64,000 bases of DNA from Eledone cirrhosa (Eukaryota): assembly GCA_964016885.1 (NCBI GenBank), contig OZ024755.1:744001-808000 (forward strand). The letters are read 5' to 3'. This document shows, piece after piece, positions 12,030-24,269 of the stretch. Under the pieces are notes generated by a model. That model saw only the letters and a program-made list of their open reading frames with translations, did not search any database and was not told the DNA's origin. Numbering within the stretch: position 1 is the stretch's first letter; each line of letters starts with the position of its first letter. The translations under genes and the position numbers were made by a program.

Positions 12030-12480
12030 CATCCGTTTTTCCATGTTTGTATGGGTTGAACATGTTTTCTCCTGCACAGTTTCTTTCTACGTGTTACATT
12101 CCTTTGTCATCTCCTCTGAGAAGGAATTTCTCAGTCTTTCTCTTCTACAGCTTCCTTCTATTGGGAACCCTTGATACTTCATTCATATGCATCACATGTC
12201 TACACCCATCACACAGCTTTTGATTCCTCTTATGCACAATTTTTCTTTCAGTTCATCCATGTTTTATCATTCATGCAGATGGACCTTATACAACCAGCAA
12301 AGCATTCTCAACTCGATTCAATTCAGCCTTTACATAACCTCTTCATTCAGTGTCACTACTGTACAACATCATATGCAAACATCTTACAATCTACCTTTCA
12401 CTCAGAGAGAAAACACTTTTAATGTCAACAGATTACCTGTGTAAATCAGAACACACTTTTCTCTCAATAATATCTTCCTC
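12030..12480 (-). mobile_element. Degenerate RTE LINE 3' fragment
   Basis: Starts with the reverse-complement tail ACATCCGTTTTTCCATG; diverged similarity to 5161-5600 and 60820-61185. Confidence 0.55.
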
Positions 12481-12824
12481 CATTGATACTGCTTTACAAT
12501 GCAGAACACCTTAAGATTCTGGTCATCATGTTGTAGAACATTAGCTTCTCTCCATTCTAACTTACCATTTATCTTCTCTTCTACTTACTTCATATTGTTC
12601 TTAGTTATCCTCTTTTTTTCCAGTCTTATGAGGCTCGTCTTTTAGCTTTTTATCACTTTAGCCATGGTACTATTCTACCAAGTCTCCATTTTGTCTCGCT
12701 GGAATAGGTTTTCACATGGAAACTTCCCATTGTTCTCTATATCCTGGGTTAGGGTCCCTATCTCCTCTAATTCTTGTCATAAATGTTATGTAGAACTTTT
12801 CTAAGACAATATTTAACAAAGAGA

Positions 12825-13150
12825 TCCTTTAGTTTCCAGACCCTGCTTCTCCATGGAGGGGTCCTTTAGTTTTCAGGCCCTGCTTCTCCATGAGGGCGTC
12901 CTTTAGTTTTCAGACCCTGCTTCTCCATGGAGGGGTCCTTTAGTTTCCAGACCCTGCTTCTTCATGGAGGGGTCCTTTAGTTTTCAGGCCCTGCTTCTCC
13001 ATGAGGGCGTCCTTTAGTTTTCAGACCCTGCTTCTCCATGAAGGGGTCCTTTAGTTTTCAGACTCTGATTCTCCATGAAGGGGTCCTTTAGTTTTCAGGC
13101 CCTGCTTCTCCATGAAGGAGGGGTTCCTCAGTTTCCAGACCCTTCTCCAT
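12825..13150. repeat. 37-bp minisatellite, ~8.7 copies
   Basis: Unit GTCCTTTAGTTTTCAGACCCTGCTTCTCCATGGAGGG, head-to-tail, no spacers. Confidence 0.95.
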
Positions 13151-13443
13151 GTCTCTGATTTTGCTTGGTTCTTACTTTAATGTCACCAATAAATAAATAA
13201 ATAACTGAGGAGTACTTTCTTCTCTAATAAAAGACTTAGTATTCACAAGCACCTGTGTTGTGTGCCATTTTCTAAAGAGTAAGAAGTCGATCTGGCTAGC
13301 CTGTTCACCTGACTGGTAGATAATGAATTGGTTGGTCAGTTTCTTGAAGTTAGTGTCGAAAATGGCAAATGGTCAGGTCATTTGCATCACAGAACAATAT
13401 TTCATCGATCAGGCCATATCTACAGTCAAACACACACACACAT

Positions 13444-13476
<33 letters not shown>

Positions 13477-13755
13477 CACTCAGATAGAGAGAGAGAGATG
13501 GATAGATAGATAGATATGTATACAAATACTTATCTGCGTCTATGTATATATACACACACACACTCATACATACACACACACTCAAACACACACACACACA
13601 CACACACACATACACACATTATCCATCTATATCACAGGTTTATTCTATAAGTTTTGCAGTTGTAGATATTCTTCAGATCTCGAATATCACAAGGTATTAT
13701 TTCCTGTTTCTTAAATGTCAAAATTGCTTCAGAAAATTTGTCTCAACACAACTTC

Positions 13756-13828
<73 letters not shown>

Positions 13829-13985
13829 TCTTTCTCTCTCTCCTTCTCTCCCTCTCCCTCTATATATACATGAAATAAATACATACATATATATAGATAT
13901 AGATATATGTATATGTATATATATATATAATTATATATATCATTATCATCATCATTATCATATATATATATATATACACACATAA

Positions 13986-14056
<71 letters not shown>

Positions 14057-14210
14057 TAAAATTATTGGAAATGTTATTACACAAAAGTTAGCAAGCATCA
14101 ATGGTATTGCAATATTAACCTTAATGTAATTAGAGGGGAAAGTTACTCTTTACAGAATATATATAATATCTATATATATTTACATCTATATATATATGTA
14201 CGTATGTATA

Positions 14211-14256
<46 letters not shown>

Positions 14257-14991
14257 TAAAGACTGAAATGAACAAAATAAGTAAATAAAATGTTAATTTC
14301 TTAAGCAGAATTCTTGCAGGAACTTCAAAGATACATTCACTAATTAATCTAGTTTATCATTATTTCATCTTCATACCTCTCTCCCTCTCACTCTGTATCA
14401 CTCGCTATTTCTCGCTCTCTCTCTCTCCCTCTCTCTCTCTCTCTTGTGATCTTTCTGCCATCAATGTCAATATCTTCCTAATTCTGTTCTCAATTATGCC
14501 TTATTTTCTTATTTTATATATATACACACACACACACACACATATATATGTGAGTGTGAGTATATATACATACATGTATGTGTATACATATATATACCCC
14601 AACATACTCATATATATACATATATATATTATACATTATTTTCATGAAAGTATAGATATATATGGAAGTGTTTTGTCGACTTTTTTTTACCACAGATATT
14701 TTTGGCAGAAGCTTCTTGTAGACTTGTTGATGTTTTTCTGGTTGTTTTGTTGTTGGTGTTGCTATTCCCACTGTTGTTGTTGTTATCGTTGATGTTGCTT
14801 ATTATAGTTGTTGTAACTGAGGTTGCTGCAGTTGTTGTTATTGTTGTAGTAATTATTGTATTTCTTAGGAGCAATAAACTGTCAGGATCAGTAGAGCATC
14901 AGACAAGATCCTTTGTGCTATTTAGTTCCAATCCCACCAAGCACGACTCAGTCTTTCAGTCTTCCATAGTAAATACACACACACATATATA

Positions 14992-15527
14992 TACATGGTG
15001 GCTGCCAACTCGTTTTCGAGTACGCCCACTACTTTATATCCATGTAGGAGAACCCCTAGCGATGCGCTGAACAAGTGTGACTTTTTAGTCCAGCCAGCGA
15101 CTTGAAAACTCTGGTACAAACACTACACTTGTGACAATTATTGACACATAGTGCTGGGCCCATGGTACCATGTGACAACAAGTGCAAAGAGATCTCCAGA
15201 TATAAAGCAATGCCTGTGCCGTGAAGATATTTACCAAAAAGAAGAACAAGTCAACATCATTGGATACCATCAGAGTTGCAGGTGTTATATCAGAATTTTC
15301 CTTCTCCTAGAATTCTGCCTTGACAAAGGCTAATGGGTCATCTCTCCCGGTGATTTTGGATGGCCATTGACTCTTAAGAGCTCCTTTGCCCTTTGACAGG
15401 TTTTGTTTCTAGTCCTGCAGGATGTCCAAAGTCACACTCCTCACCAAGAAACCTTGGTGGGGTTGCCAGTTTAGTCGCCAATGACCCGACCATGGGACAG
15501 ATTGTACTGGGATACATGTTACCAGTA
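14992..15527 (-). mobile_element. Bipartite non-autonomous RTE (5' UTR-like part joined to 3' end)
   Basis: 5' part shared with 35965-36457. 3' part encodes CSVCTRVFKSLAGLKSHTCSAH* (15056-15145), the RTE-type C-terminal C2H2 finger, then a short 3' UTR and microsatellite tail. Confidence 0.7.
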
Positions 15528-15675
15528 TATATATATATATATCATCATCACTGTTTAACATCCATTTTCCATGCTAGCATGGGTTAGATGTGTTGCCCCA
15601 TTAGTGGCAAGTTGGGTCAGGTGACTGTGTCTTGCTCATATAGAACTGTTTCTGGCTAGCTTTCTATGGCTGATA

Positions 15676-17302
15676 TCTATATATATAAAAGCAAGTCGGT
15701 CTGTGTGTGTGTCTGTCTGTGTACAAATACTAGGCTCCTTTTAACTTTTGAAGTACTAGACCGATTTCAACCAAATTTGGCACACGTATTGTTTATATGC
15801 CAGAGCAGGTTTTGAACAAAAAATCGATTTTTATTTTTTTATTTTACAAATACTAGGCTCCTTTTAACTTTTGAAGTACTAGGCCGATTTGGCACGTGCT
15901 ATTGAGGCGACCTCTCATTGGCTAGCCAATTAGCTGACATGCACTCAGAAATTGCTAGCTAAGCCATAAACGACCTTGAACAATTCGCCCGATTGAAAGT
16001 CGCGATTTCTAATTGGACTAAGCAACTAACATTAGTCAACATGACTGAACATATACCTGTGAGAAATACGTTTGATAGCACGACGTTACTCGATCAACTG
16101 TACGAGTATTTTGAAGCTTTTTGGTACGTTGTTGATGTTATTCTTGTGTTAATTTTACCAAACTACCATCTATATTTGCCTTACGCCCACAGTAGATTAA
16201 TGCCAATAATAAATACTATATGCTTCGCAGGAATTAAAACGATTAAATTTTCTACTCCTCGTACATTAATGCGGGCGTAAAATGCACTTTAGCAGTTCTC
16301 TCAATTTAAGTTGACATTGCGAATCTCCGAATATTGTGTGCTTCTACTTTTAAACCTTTTCTTCTTCCATTTAAATTACTAACCTCTAAATTATCGTTCT
16401 CAATGCATAATATCTAAGTTTAAACTTCTCAAGTTATTGCTATTTCCCCACTTAGGACAACAGTTTGGTACTCCGCGAGATAATGCCTAAAAAGAGAAAA
16501 CCTTCAATTGGGCGGCAGTCGGCCAAATATCAGAGGAAGAAGGCAAGGATTGATCATGAAATAAGTCAGTCAGAAAAGATAGCACAAGTTGCTGAGAATG
16601 AGGAACGACGTTTACGTCGCCAAACACGGGATACCACAGCAACTGCAGCTGCACAAGTTGCTGAGAATGAGGAACGACGTTTACGTCGCCAAACACGGGA
16701 TACCACAGCAACTGCAGCTGCACAAGTTGCTGAGAATGAGGAACGACGTTTACGTCGCCAAACACGGGATGCCACAGCAACTGCAGCTGCACAAGTTGCT
16801 GAGAATGAGGAACGACGTTTACGTCGCCAAACACGGGATGCCACAGCAACTGCAGCTGCACAAGTTGCTGAGAATGAGGAACGACGTTTACGTCACCAAA
16901 CACGGGATGCCACAGCAACTGCAGCTGCACAAGTTGCTGAGAATGAGGAACGACGTTTACGTCGCCAAACACGGGATGCCACAGCAACTGCAGCTGCACG
17001 ATCTATTGTAACCGATGAACAACGTGAAATTCGCCTTGCAAGTGGTGCTGCAGCAACGGCAGCTGCTCGATATGCAGAGAATGAGCAACAAGGTGAACTT
17101 CTTCAAAACAGAGATGCTGGTGCTACTGCTGTGGGACGGATTTACGAGGCCGTTTATTTCACTCAATCATGTCACTGTACACCCATTTTGTAAAATTTTT
17201 TTTTACAATTACATTTCAATTCTTTGCTCAACCTTTGGCTCTCTTTATACCGACAAATAGGCTGTCATTCATTTCCCGAACAACGCCGGGTACATCTGCT
17301 AG
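15676..17302 (+). mobile_element. Non-autonomous Helitron with both termini
   Basis: A|TCTATATATATAAAA 5' end, subterminal ACCGATTTCAACCAAATTTGGCAC, 3' hairpin CCCG-AACAACGC-CGGG (17275-17290), then CTAG|T. A/T target, no TSD. Confidence 0.9.
16483..17193 (+). CDS. 236-aa NLS plus 23-aa STPR-like repeat protein, probably a truncated Helitron transposase N-terminus
   Basis: ATG at 16483, MPKKRKPSIGR start. Six near-identical 69-bp repeats (16582-16995) plus two diverged ones with an ExxExRxxR pattern. Frame is open; expression unknown. Confidence 0.6.
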   Translation: MPKKRKPSIGRQSAKYQRKKARIDHEISQSEKIAQVAENEERRLRRQTRDTTATAAAQVAENEERRLRRQTRDTTATAAAQVAENEERRLRRQTRDATATAAAQVAENEERRLRRQTRDATATAAAQVAENEERRLRHQTRDATATAAAQVAENEERRLRRQTRDATATAAARSIVTDEQREIRLASGAAATAAARYAENEQQGELLQNRDAGATAVGRIYEAVYFTQSCHCTPIL

Positions 17303-17637
17303 TATATATATATATGTATTTAAATATCATTGACTTTACCCCAAAACAAAACTAATATTGCAACAAAGGGAATTTTGATCTTTTTCTCATGCATTTCCAT
17401 ATTATTATATTATTTTATATTAATATTATAACCCCCCCCCCCCCCACACACACACACACACCTCTCTCTGCATGTTTGTCCCTCTCTCGTCCTCTCTCTG
17501 TCCGCCCCTCCCCCTTGTCTCCAGTTGTTTTGCTCAAACTAATCTCTATTCCATCCTTCCTCTATGTAAGTTAGAAATCAATAAACCCTGTTTGTCATTT
17601 ACTCTCATTCTCTGATGTGTCAATATATATATATACA

Positions 17638-17745
17638 TTTCGTTTTTGTATTTGTTTTGCAAGATTTTTTATTTGAAACTGTGTTGAAACAAATATTGTT
17701 ATACTTTGGGAGGGTCATGCTGCCAATAAAATACACATGCATCTG
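17638..17745 (+). mobile_element. Interspersed repeat fragment (mariner-MITE-like)
   Basis: Colinear with 50699-50788. Confidence 0.55.
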
Positions 17746-18164
17746 TTGGGTTTCTCTTCAATTTATTATTATAATTTCCCAGTTGGTTAGTTTAATAACC
17801 AGATGGTTGTTTAGTTGTTGATTGTCAAAGCTGTTTCATCGCACATTTTGTGACCTCCTCAGTGATTAATTTTATTGTTACTTTGTCTCTTTCTTTTATT
17901 TTGTCTTACACTATCTTGTTTAAAACCTGGTGAAGCCCACCCCTTCTCCAGCTCCGAACACAGCAGATTTATTTCAGAGAAGAATAGAAAGAGATATAGA
18001 GGAAGAATCAACCCCAGTATTAGACTGGTACTTTTTTATTGACCTCAAATGGATGAAAGGTAAAGTGAACCTCATAGGTATTTGAACTGTGAGAGCAGAG
18101 AGCCATAAAGAATACCATAAATCATTCTATCAACTCTACCAATTTGTTGTCTATATAAATATAT

Positions 18165-18585
18165 AAGGTAAAGTTTTCAAGATGCCCAACATGCCATTAA
18201 ACAATGTATTTCACTGATGAGATGTCAAGTAGGCTGTAAAATGAAGAGATTTATACAGGGTTTACCACATATAGATAGTAAAATCAGCCAAATTATTATA
18301 AAGAGTTTACACCAATGAACATTGACTGACAAATGTTTCAACATGGCTGATACACTGTTAAAGAATGTATATATAACTAATGACATGTTTAGTAGGGTGT
18401 AAAATGAAGGGTTTTATACAGGAGTTTACTGAAATAGATATTACAAGGTGAATATTTAAGGATGACCAACGTACTGTTAAATTATATATATCACTGATAA
18501 TGTCTCAAATATGGTGAAGTTTTATATAGAGTTTACACCAATAAATATAAGGCAAAAGTCTCAAAATGGATGACATACTGTTAAA

Positions 18586-18590
<5 letters not shown>
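18165..18590. repeat. Old degenerate tandem repeat
   Basis: AGTAGG.TGTAAAATGAAG.G.TTTATACAGG at 18227 and 18391; AGAGTTTACACCAAT and ACTGTTAA also recur. Confidence 0.6.
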
Positions 18591-18616
<26 letters not shown>

Positions 18617-18902
18617 CATCATCATCATTTTACGTCCGCTTTTCCCTGCTTGAAAGGGTGGGATGGGTCTTATTCAACACAGCATCTCTCCACTTGTCAC
18701 GGTCCTTCGTCATCTCCACCATGAGCTTCAGCGATATATATATATATATCCAGGGAGTGTAACATGGAGTTACTGTAGGTTCACCCGGGTGAGCACTCGA
18801 TGTTTAGGTTCACTTCTGTGTCGAAGTGTAGAGCTAGACAGAGTGTAGTATAATAAAATAAAACCAGGATGAGTGGTTACTCCTTCATTACGTTTATTGG
18901 TT

Positions 18903-18987
18903 GGTGACACGCATTTCGCCACTGATCAGCTCAAGGTTCGATCTGCATCGATCTAGCCCGACTCTGTAATCCACGGCTCGTCAGACC
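18903..18987 (-). ncRNA. Type I hammerhead ribozyme with long stem II insert, in a Penelope-like remnant (~18750-19005)
   Basis: Minus strand reads ggt CTGACGA GCC...(~54 nt)...GGC GAAA TGCGT GTC acc, with AATAAA a few nt downstream. Confidence 0.7.
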
Positions 18988-19012
18988 CCTTTTAATGGTA
19001 TTGGAAAAATAT

Positions 19013-19241
19013 ATAAATGTAATCTGAGTTTTTTGAATATTGATAATAATATTCGATTCGTTTGCAATTATGTAAACAAGCCTCATTTTTAAAGCCATGT
19101 CAGTAGAATGAGCCCCTCATTCTTGCTCTTGTGTTGGCATGTAAACAGAACTGACATGGCTTTAAAATTGAGGCTTGTTTGCATAATTGCAAACGAATCA
19201 AATATTATTATTAATATTCGAAAAACTCGGATTACATTTAT
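19013..19241. repeat. Fold-back element, ~92-bp inverted arms and 45-nt loop
   Basis: Arms 19013-19104 and 19150-19241. The loop contains a perfect 8-bp hairpin AGAATGAG-CCC-CTCATTCT. Confidence 0.9.
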
Positions 19242-20085
19242 TGTATTCAGTCATGTAGAGCGAAAATTCTTTTTTTTTTTATTTAATATATATATATATA
19301 TAATCATCATTATCATTTTATCTCTGTTGTCCCATGTTTGCATGGGTTGGACAGGTCCTTCTCAGTACAACATCTCTCCACCTGTTGCATTCCTTTGTCA
19401 TCTCCTCCATGAGCTTTAACAATTCTGAGATCAGCTCTCACAACTTCCTTCCAGATCATCCTTGGTCTTCCTTTGTCTACTTCTACCACAGCTTCCTTCC
19501 ACCATGATTACTTGGAACTTCTTCACCTAGCAATCATCATCTATAAATAATAGTGATGACAATTGTAACAACATAACTACAAGATTCAACACTAAATATA
19601 ACAGAGGTGGGGAGGGGTGATACAACACCAAAGAAAGCAACAGCATCGTTTTTCAACCTGTCATGTCTGTGAAATAATTTCAAATGACACATTCTGTAAA
19701 TTCCAATAGATTTTCCTAAAGGCCAACATTAGACAATGTTCTTACATAAGTTACAAAAGAATGGTTCCACTAAAACCACCAGACTGCATAATTATAACAA
19801 ATAATGACTAAGGAATGTATTTATAGATGATTTCATTGTGCTTTATCAATAACAACAACAACAACAATGACGACGATGATGATGATGATGATAATTGTAA
19901 TAGCAATAATAATAGTAATAATAATAATAATAAACAATGGCATGCTGCCATTACTTGTTCTCTTTTTGACTTAATAACAAAAATATAAAGGAAGCAGTCC
20001 AACCAATAATAACAGACACAAATTTCAAAGCTTACCAAATACTTTGATATAGGAAGTAGTTTCTAGCAAATTGATATTGTTTGTT

Positions 20086-20624
20086 GTATATATATATATA
20101 TGTGTGTGTGTATATATATATGTGTATATATATATATGTATGTATATATGTGCGTATATATTTGTATATATGTGCATATATATTTATATATATGTATATA
20201 TATATATATTTATATATATGTATATATATATATTTATATATATGTATATATATATATTTATATATATGTATATATATATTTATATATATGTATATATATA
20301 TTTATATATATGTATATATATATTTATATATATGTATATATATATATTTATATATATGTATATATATATATTTATATATATGTATATATATATATTTATA
20401 TATATGTATATATATATTTATATATATGTATATATATATTTATATATATGTATATATATATTTATATATATGTATATATATATTTATATATATGTATATA
20501 TATATATTTATATATATGTATATATATATATTTATATATATGTATATATATGTATTTATATATATGTATATATATGTATATATATATATTTATATATATT
20601 TATATATATATATTTATATATATT

Positions 20625-20681
<57 letters not shown>

Positions 20682-20708
20682 GTATATATATATTTATATA
20701 TATATATT

Positions 20709-20742
<34 letters not shown>

Positions 20743-20754
20743 TATATATATATT

Positions 20755-20782
<28 letters not shown>
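20086..20782. repeat. Interrupted (TA)n array
   Basis: TA runs alternately punctuated by TTTA and TGTA, ~22-24 bp period. Confidence 0.97.
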
Positions 20783-20788
<6 letters not shown>

Positions 20789-20906
20789 CAATTCCCATCT
20801 GTGGAAGGCACATGCTAATCTCATGTGACATAATACAGAGCAAAGCAGTTTGAGGAGACCAAAAGACTACACATGTACAGTACAGCATATATATATATAT
20901 ATATAT

Positions 20907-20937
<31 letters not shown>

Positions 20938-21321
20938 TATGTATACATTCAATGGTTGACAATAAGTTTAGTTATAACATTACTGATATTTCAGCTGACA
21001 TGAAGGAGTCACTTTTTGTTCTGGGAATTTCACTGTTTAATAAAACTGCTACAAAGAACTCCACTTCCATCTATTGACAAATGACCTATGAGATTGTACA
21101 TCTGATTTATCTCTCCCCACTCTTTCTCTCTCTCTAGATATATATGTATAAATATATATCTTTCTCTCTCTCTATATATATATATATATACACACACACA
21201 CATCTTTCTCTGTAGATATATAGATATATTCCATGTTATATTTTCTCTCTATTCTTTGTTATATTTCACTATATTATATTATTTCAATATAACTCAATCC
21301 AAATCTTCAGCAACAACATCA

Positions 21322-21655
21322 TTACTACCACCACCACCACTACTACTGCTACCACCACCACCACCACCACTACTACTACTACCACCACCATTCCTACCAT
21401 CACCACCACCACCATTCCTACAATCACCACCACCACCACCACTACTACCACCACCACCACCACCACTACTACTACCACCACCACTGCTATTACCACCACT
21501 ACAACCATCACCACTACTACAAACATCACCACCACTACCATCTTTACTACTACCACCGCTACTACCATCACCACCACTACTACCATCACCACTACTACCA
21601 CTACCATCTCTTCTACTACCACCACTACTACCATCACCACCACTACCACTACTAC
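21322..21655. repeat. (CCA/CTA)n microsatellite
   Basis: Direct reading. A similar tract in the opposite orientation is at 23138-23342. Confidence 0.95.
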
Positions 21656-22114
21656 TGTCCCTTCCCACATTTATTTCTCCTCCTCCATATTGTTTCCACC
21701 CCAACCCCCCTTAATGTCCACACTAACCCCCACACATAGTCACCCAGTCCTTCCATCCTATCCCAGAAGATCTCTCTTCTGGAATTCCCTTCTTAAACAT
21801 GTTTTACTTGCAGCCATCAACATTCCAAATCTTAAGTGGTAACAGTGCCAACATCAATCTCACCATTCTCATGAGAACATCGTATTAAATTGGAAGAGTT
21901 GCTACAACTGTGACTTAAGTCGTTGGAGTGTCTGACCAATGCATAGAATTATTTGTTCTTGCTCTTTACGTTCTAAGTTCAAATCATGCTGAGGTCAACT
22001 TTGCCCATGTCTTAATAACTGACAACTGGCTCCAATAAAACTTCACTTTTGAGTGAAGTATGTCTAAATTTACCAACTTATTTAACCCGTACAAGCCTGT
22101 TATGTGTATTCAGT

Positions 22115-22340
22115 TTAACCCTTTAGCATTCAAACCAGCCATATCCGGCCAGAATTCTCTCACATCTTCTGTTCAAACTGGTCATAACTGGCCACTCATA
22201 CCAACGTTAAAGTATTGTTCTTGAATAAATAATATCAAAATCTCATAAATTTGATATTATGTGAGATAATTATGTAAGATAAAGCCTTTGCTGTGAAAAT
22301 ACAATAATATATATAGAATAATGTAAATGCTAAAGGTTAA
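22115..22340. mobile_element. piggyBac-type MITE
   Basis: TTAA|CCCTTTAGCATT ... AATGCTAAAGG|TTAA; inverted relative to the copy at 27464-27692. Confidence 0.85.
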
Positions 22341-23356
22341 AAGAAGTATTCTGTATTCTTGTGTGCTGTTAAAAACTCCTCTCCAAAAAAAGGCCACCTC
22401 ATGATAAGTATGAAGCCTGTCATAGGAGCTGCAAGACTAACCCTAACATAAACTGGGAAGATGTCTTAGAAACAATAGTTGTGTTGTTGTCTCCATCACA
22501 CCAGTGAAGTAAAATGGCAACATAATGGTAGAAGTAGTAAACCTGATATTTTCTCTTCACAAGAATCTATATTGGGTTCTTCTTCTTCATCTTCTTCGCA
22601 ATTCTTGCTAAAACAATGAAGATTTCAAGATTATCATTTTAAAAATCTTTTACACTCTTCTTTTTTTGCTACAGAATTATCTTCATCACCTTTTTATCAT
22701 CAGTTTATTTCTAACTCTGTCTCTCTCTTTATATCTCTCTCTCCCTCTCTTATCTATCCCATACATACAATGTTTACATATCCTACAGCACACCTCATTT
22801 TCTCTTTATATCTCTCTACCTTCCTCTCTCTTTCTCTATGTCCATGTCACACACTCTCTCTCCCCTCTCTCAATCCCCCTTTCTCTCCAACTCCCACCAC
22901 ACTATATACCACACTATATACATAAATCGTTATCACTCTCTCTCCCACTCTCCCACTCTCCATCCTCCCCCTCTCTCTAACTCTCTCCCCCTCCTCTCCC
23001 GCTCTCTCTTCAACTCTCCTCCTCCTCTCTCTAGTAATTTACCCAACTTTAAAGATGATCTCTTCTCAACATTTACAATATTTTACATTCTAAAATATTC
23101 ATTTTGAGCCAAGTAATTGTCTTGTTTGTCATATCTGGTGTTGTTGGTGGCAGTGGTGGTGGTGTGTTAATGGTATTGGTAGTGGTAGTGGTAGTAGTAG
23201 TAGTAGTGGTAGTAGTGGTGGTGTGTTAATGGTGTTGGTAGTAGTGGTGGTGGTGGGGATTGTAGTAGTGGTAGTAGTAGTAGTGGTGGTGGTGGGGATT
23301 GTGGTAGTGGGGATTGAAGTAGTGGTAGTAGTGGTAGTAGTGTTACATTGTTATAA

Positions 23357-23770
23357 ATAATTGTTTCTACCTTAGGCACAAGGCCAGCAATTACTCAGTG
23401 CATTACTGGTACTTTATTTTATCGACCCCGTAAGGATGAAAGGCAAAGTCAACCTCGGAGGGATTTGAACTCAGATCATAAAGGGATGTAACTCTATGCT
23501 GGAAATCATGGCATCCGACCCTTTACCGATACTGCCAAATAAATAATGATTTCTGATTTAGGCACAAGGCTAACAATTTTACGGGGAAGGTGAAAGTCAA
23601 TTAAATCAACCCCAGTACATTACTGGTACTTTATTTTATTAACCCTGTAAGGATGAAAGACAAAGCTATCCTCAGCTGGATTTGCACTCAGAACATAAAA
23701 CACCATAACTTATATGCCACAAACTATGCTGTCCGATGCTCTACCAATTATCCCAATCCACCTCCTCTCA
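23357..23770 (-). mobile_element. Two tandem SINE family 1 copies, a younger one inserted at the tail of an older one
   Basis: Two reverse-complement cores (GGATGAAAGGCAAAG, GGATGAAAGACAAAG); ATAAATAAT flanks the first copy on both sides. Confidence 0.85.
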
Positions 23771-24216
23771 GTGAGTCGTAATAATATTAACGACAAATAT
23801 TTAGTTTCTAGGATACAAAGGTAATATTTTAACCATAAACAATTATTTCCAATCAATCTAGAAAGACACCACAATGGATTAGTCTTATTGATAATTCTCC
23901 TGGATCATTAAAGGTAAATTTATTACAAAGTACTCTCTTCCTTAACCAGGATAGTTCCACTTAGTCTTTTATTGATTAACTTATTGATTTCTTTATTTCT
24001 TTATATTTTTATTTATTTATATTTTTTTTATTAATTTATATTTTTTATTTATTTTTTTCTGTGTATTTATTTATATTTTTTATTTATATTTTTTATTTAT
24101 TTTTTTCTGTATATATTTTTGTTTGTTTTTCGTTTTGTTTTTGTTTATCTTGTTCTTGTTGTTATTGTTGTTTTATTTCATGTACACATTAATCAATTAA
24201 TATGCAATTGATTATG

Positions 24217-24251
<35 letters not shown>

Positions 24252-24254
24252 TTG

Positions 24255-24269
24255 GTTACCAATGGCAAC
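24255..24269. promoter_or_regulatory. RFX X-box consensus match
   Basis: GTTACC-AAT-GGCAAC fits GTNRCC(N0-3)RGYAAC; function untested. Confidence 0.3.

Noticed and set aside
12825-13150. CRISPR-like 37-bp repeats
   Set aside because: Head-to-tail with no unique spacers, no cas genes, eukaryotic context.
16582-16995. CRISPR array, or genes in the alternative frames (16487-16999 minus, 16589-17011 plus)
   Set aside because: No spacers. The alternative frames are open only because the 69-bp unit is a multiple of three; only the MPKKRK frame resembles a known family.
20071-20853. Long YI-rich ORFs (also 54075-55001, 55505-56000)
   Set aside because: Translations of (TA)n arrays.
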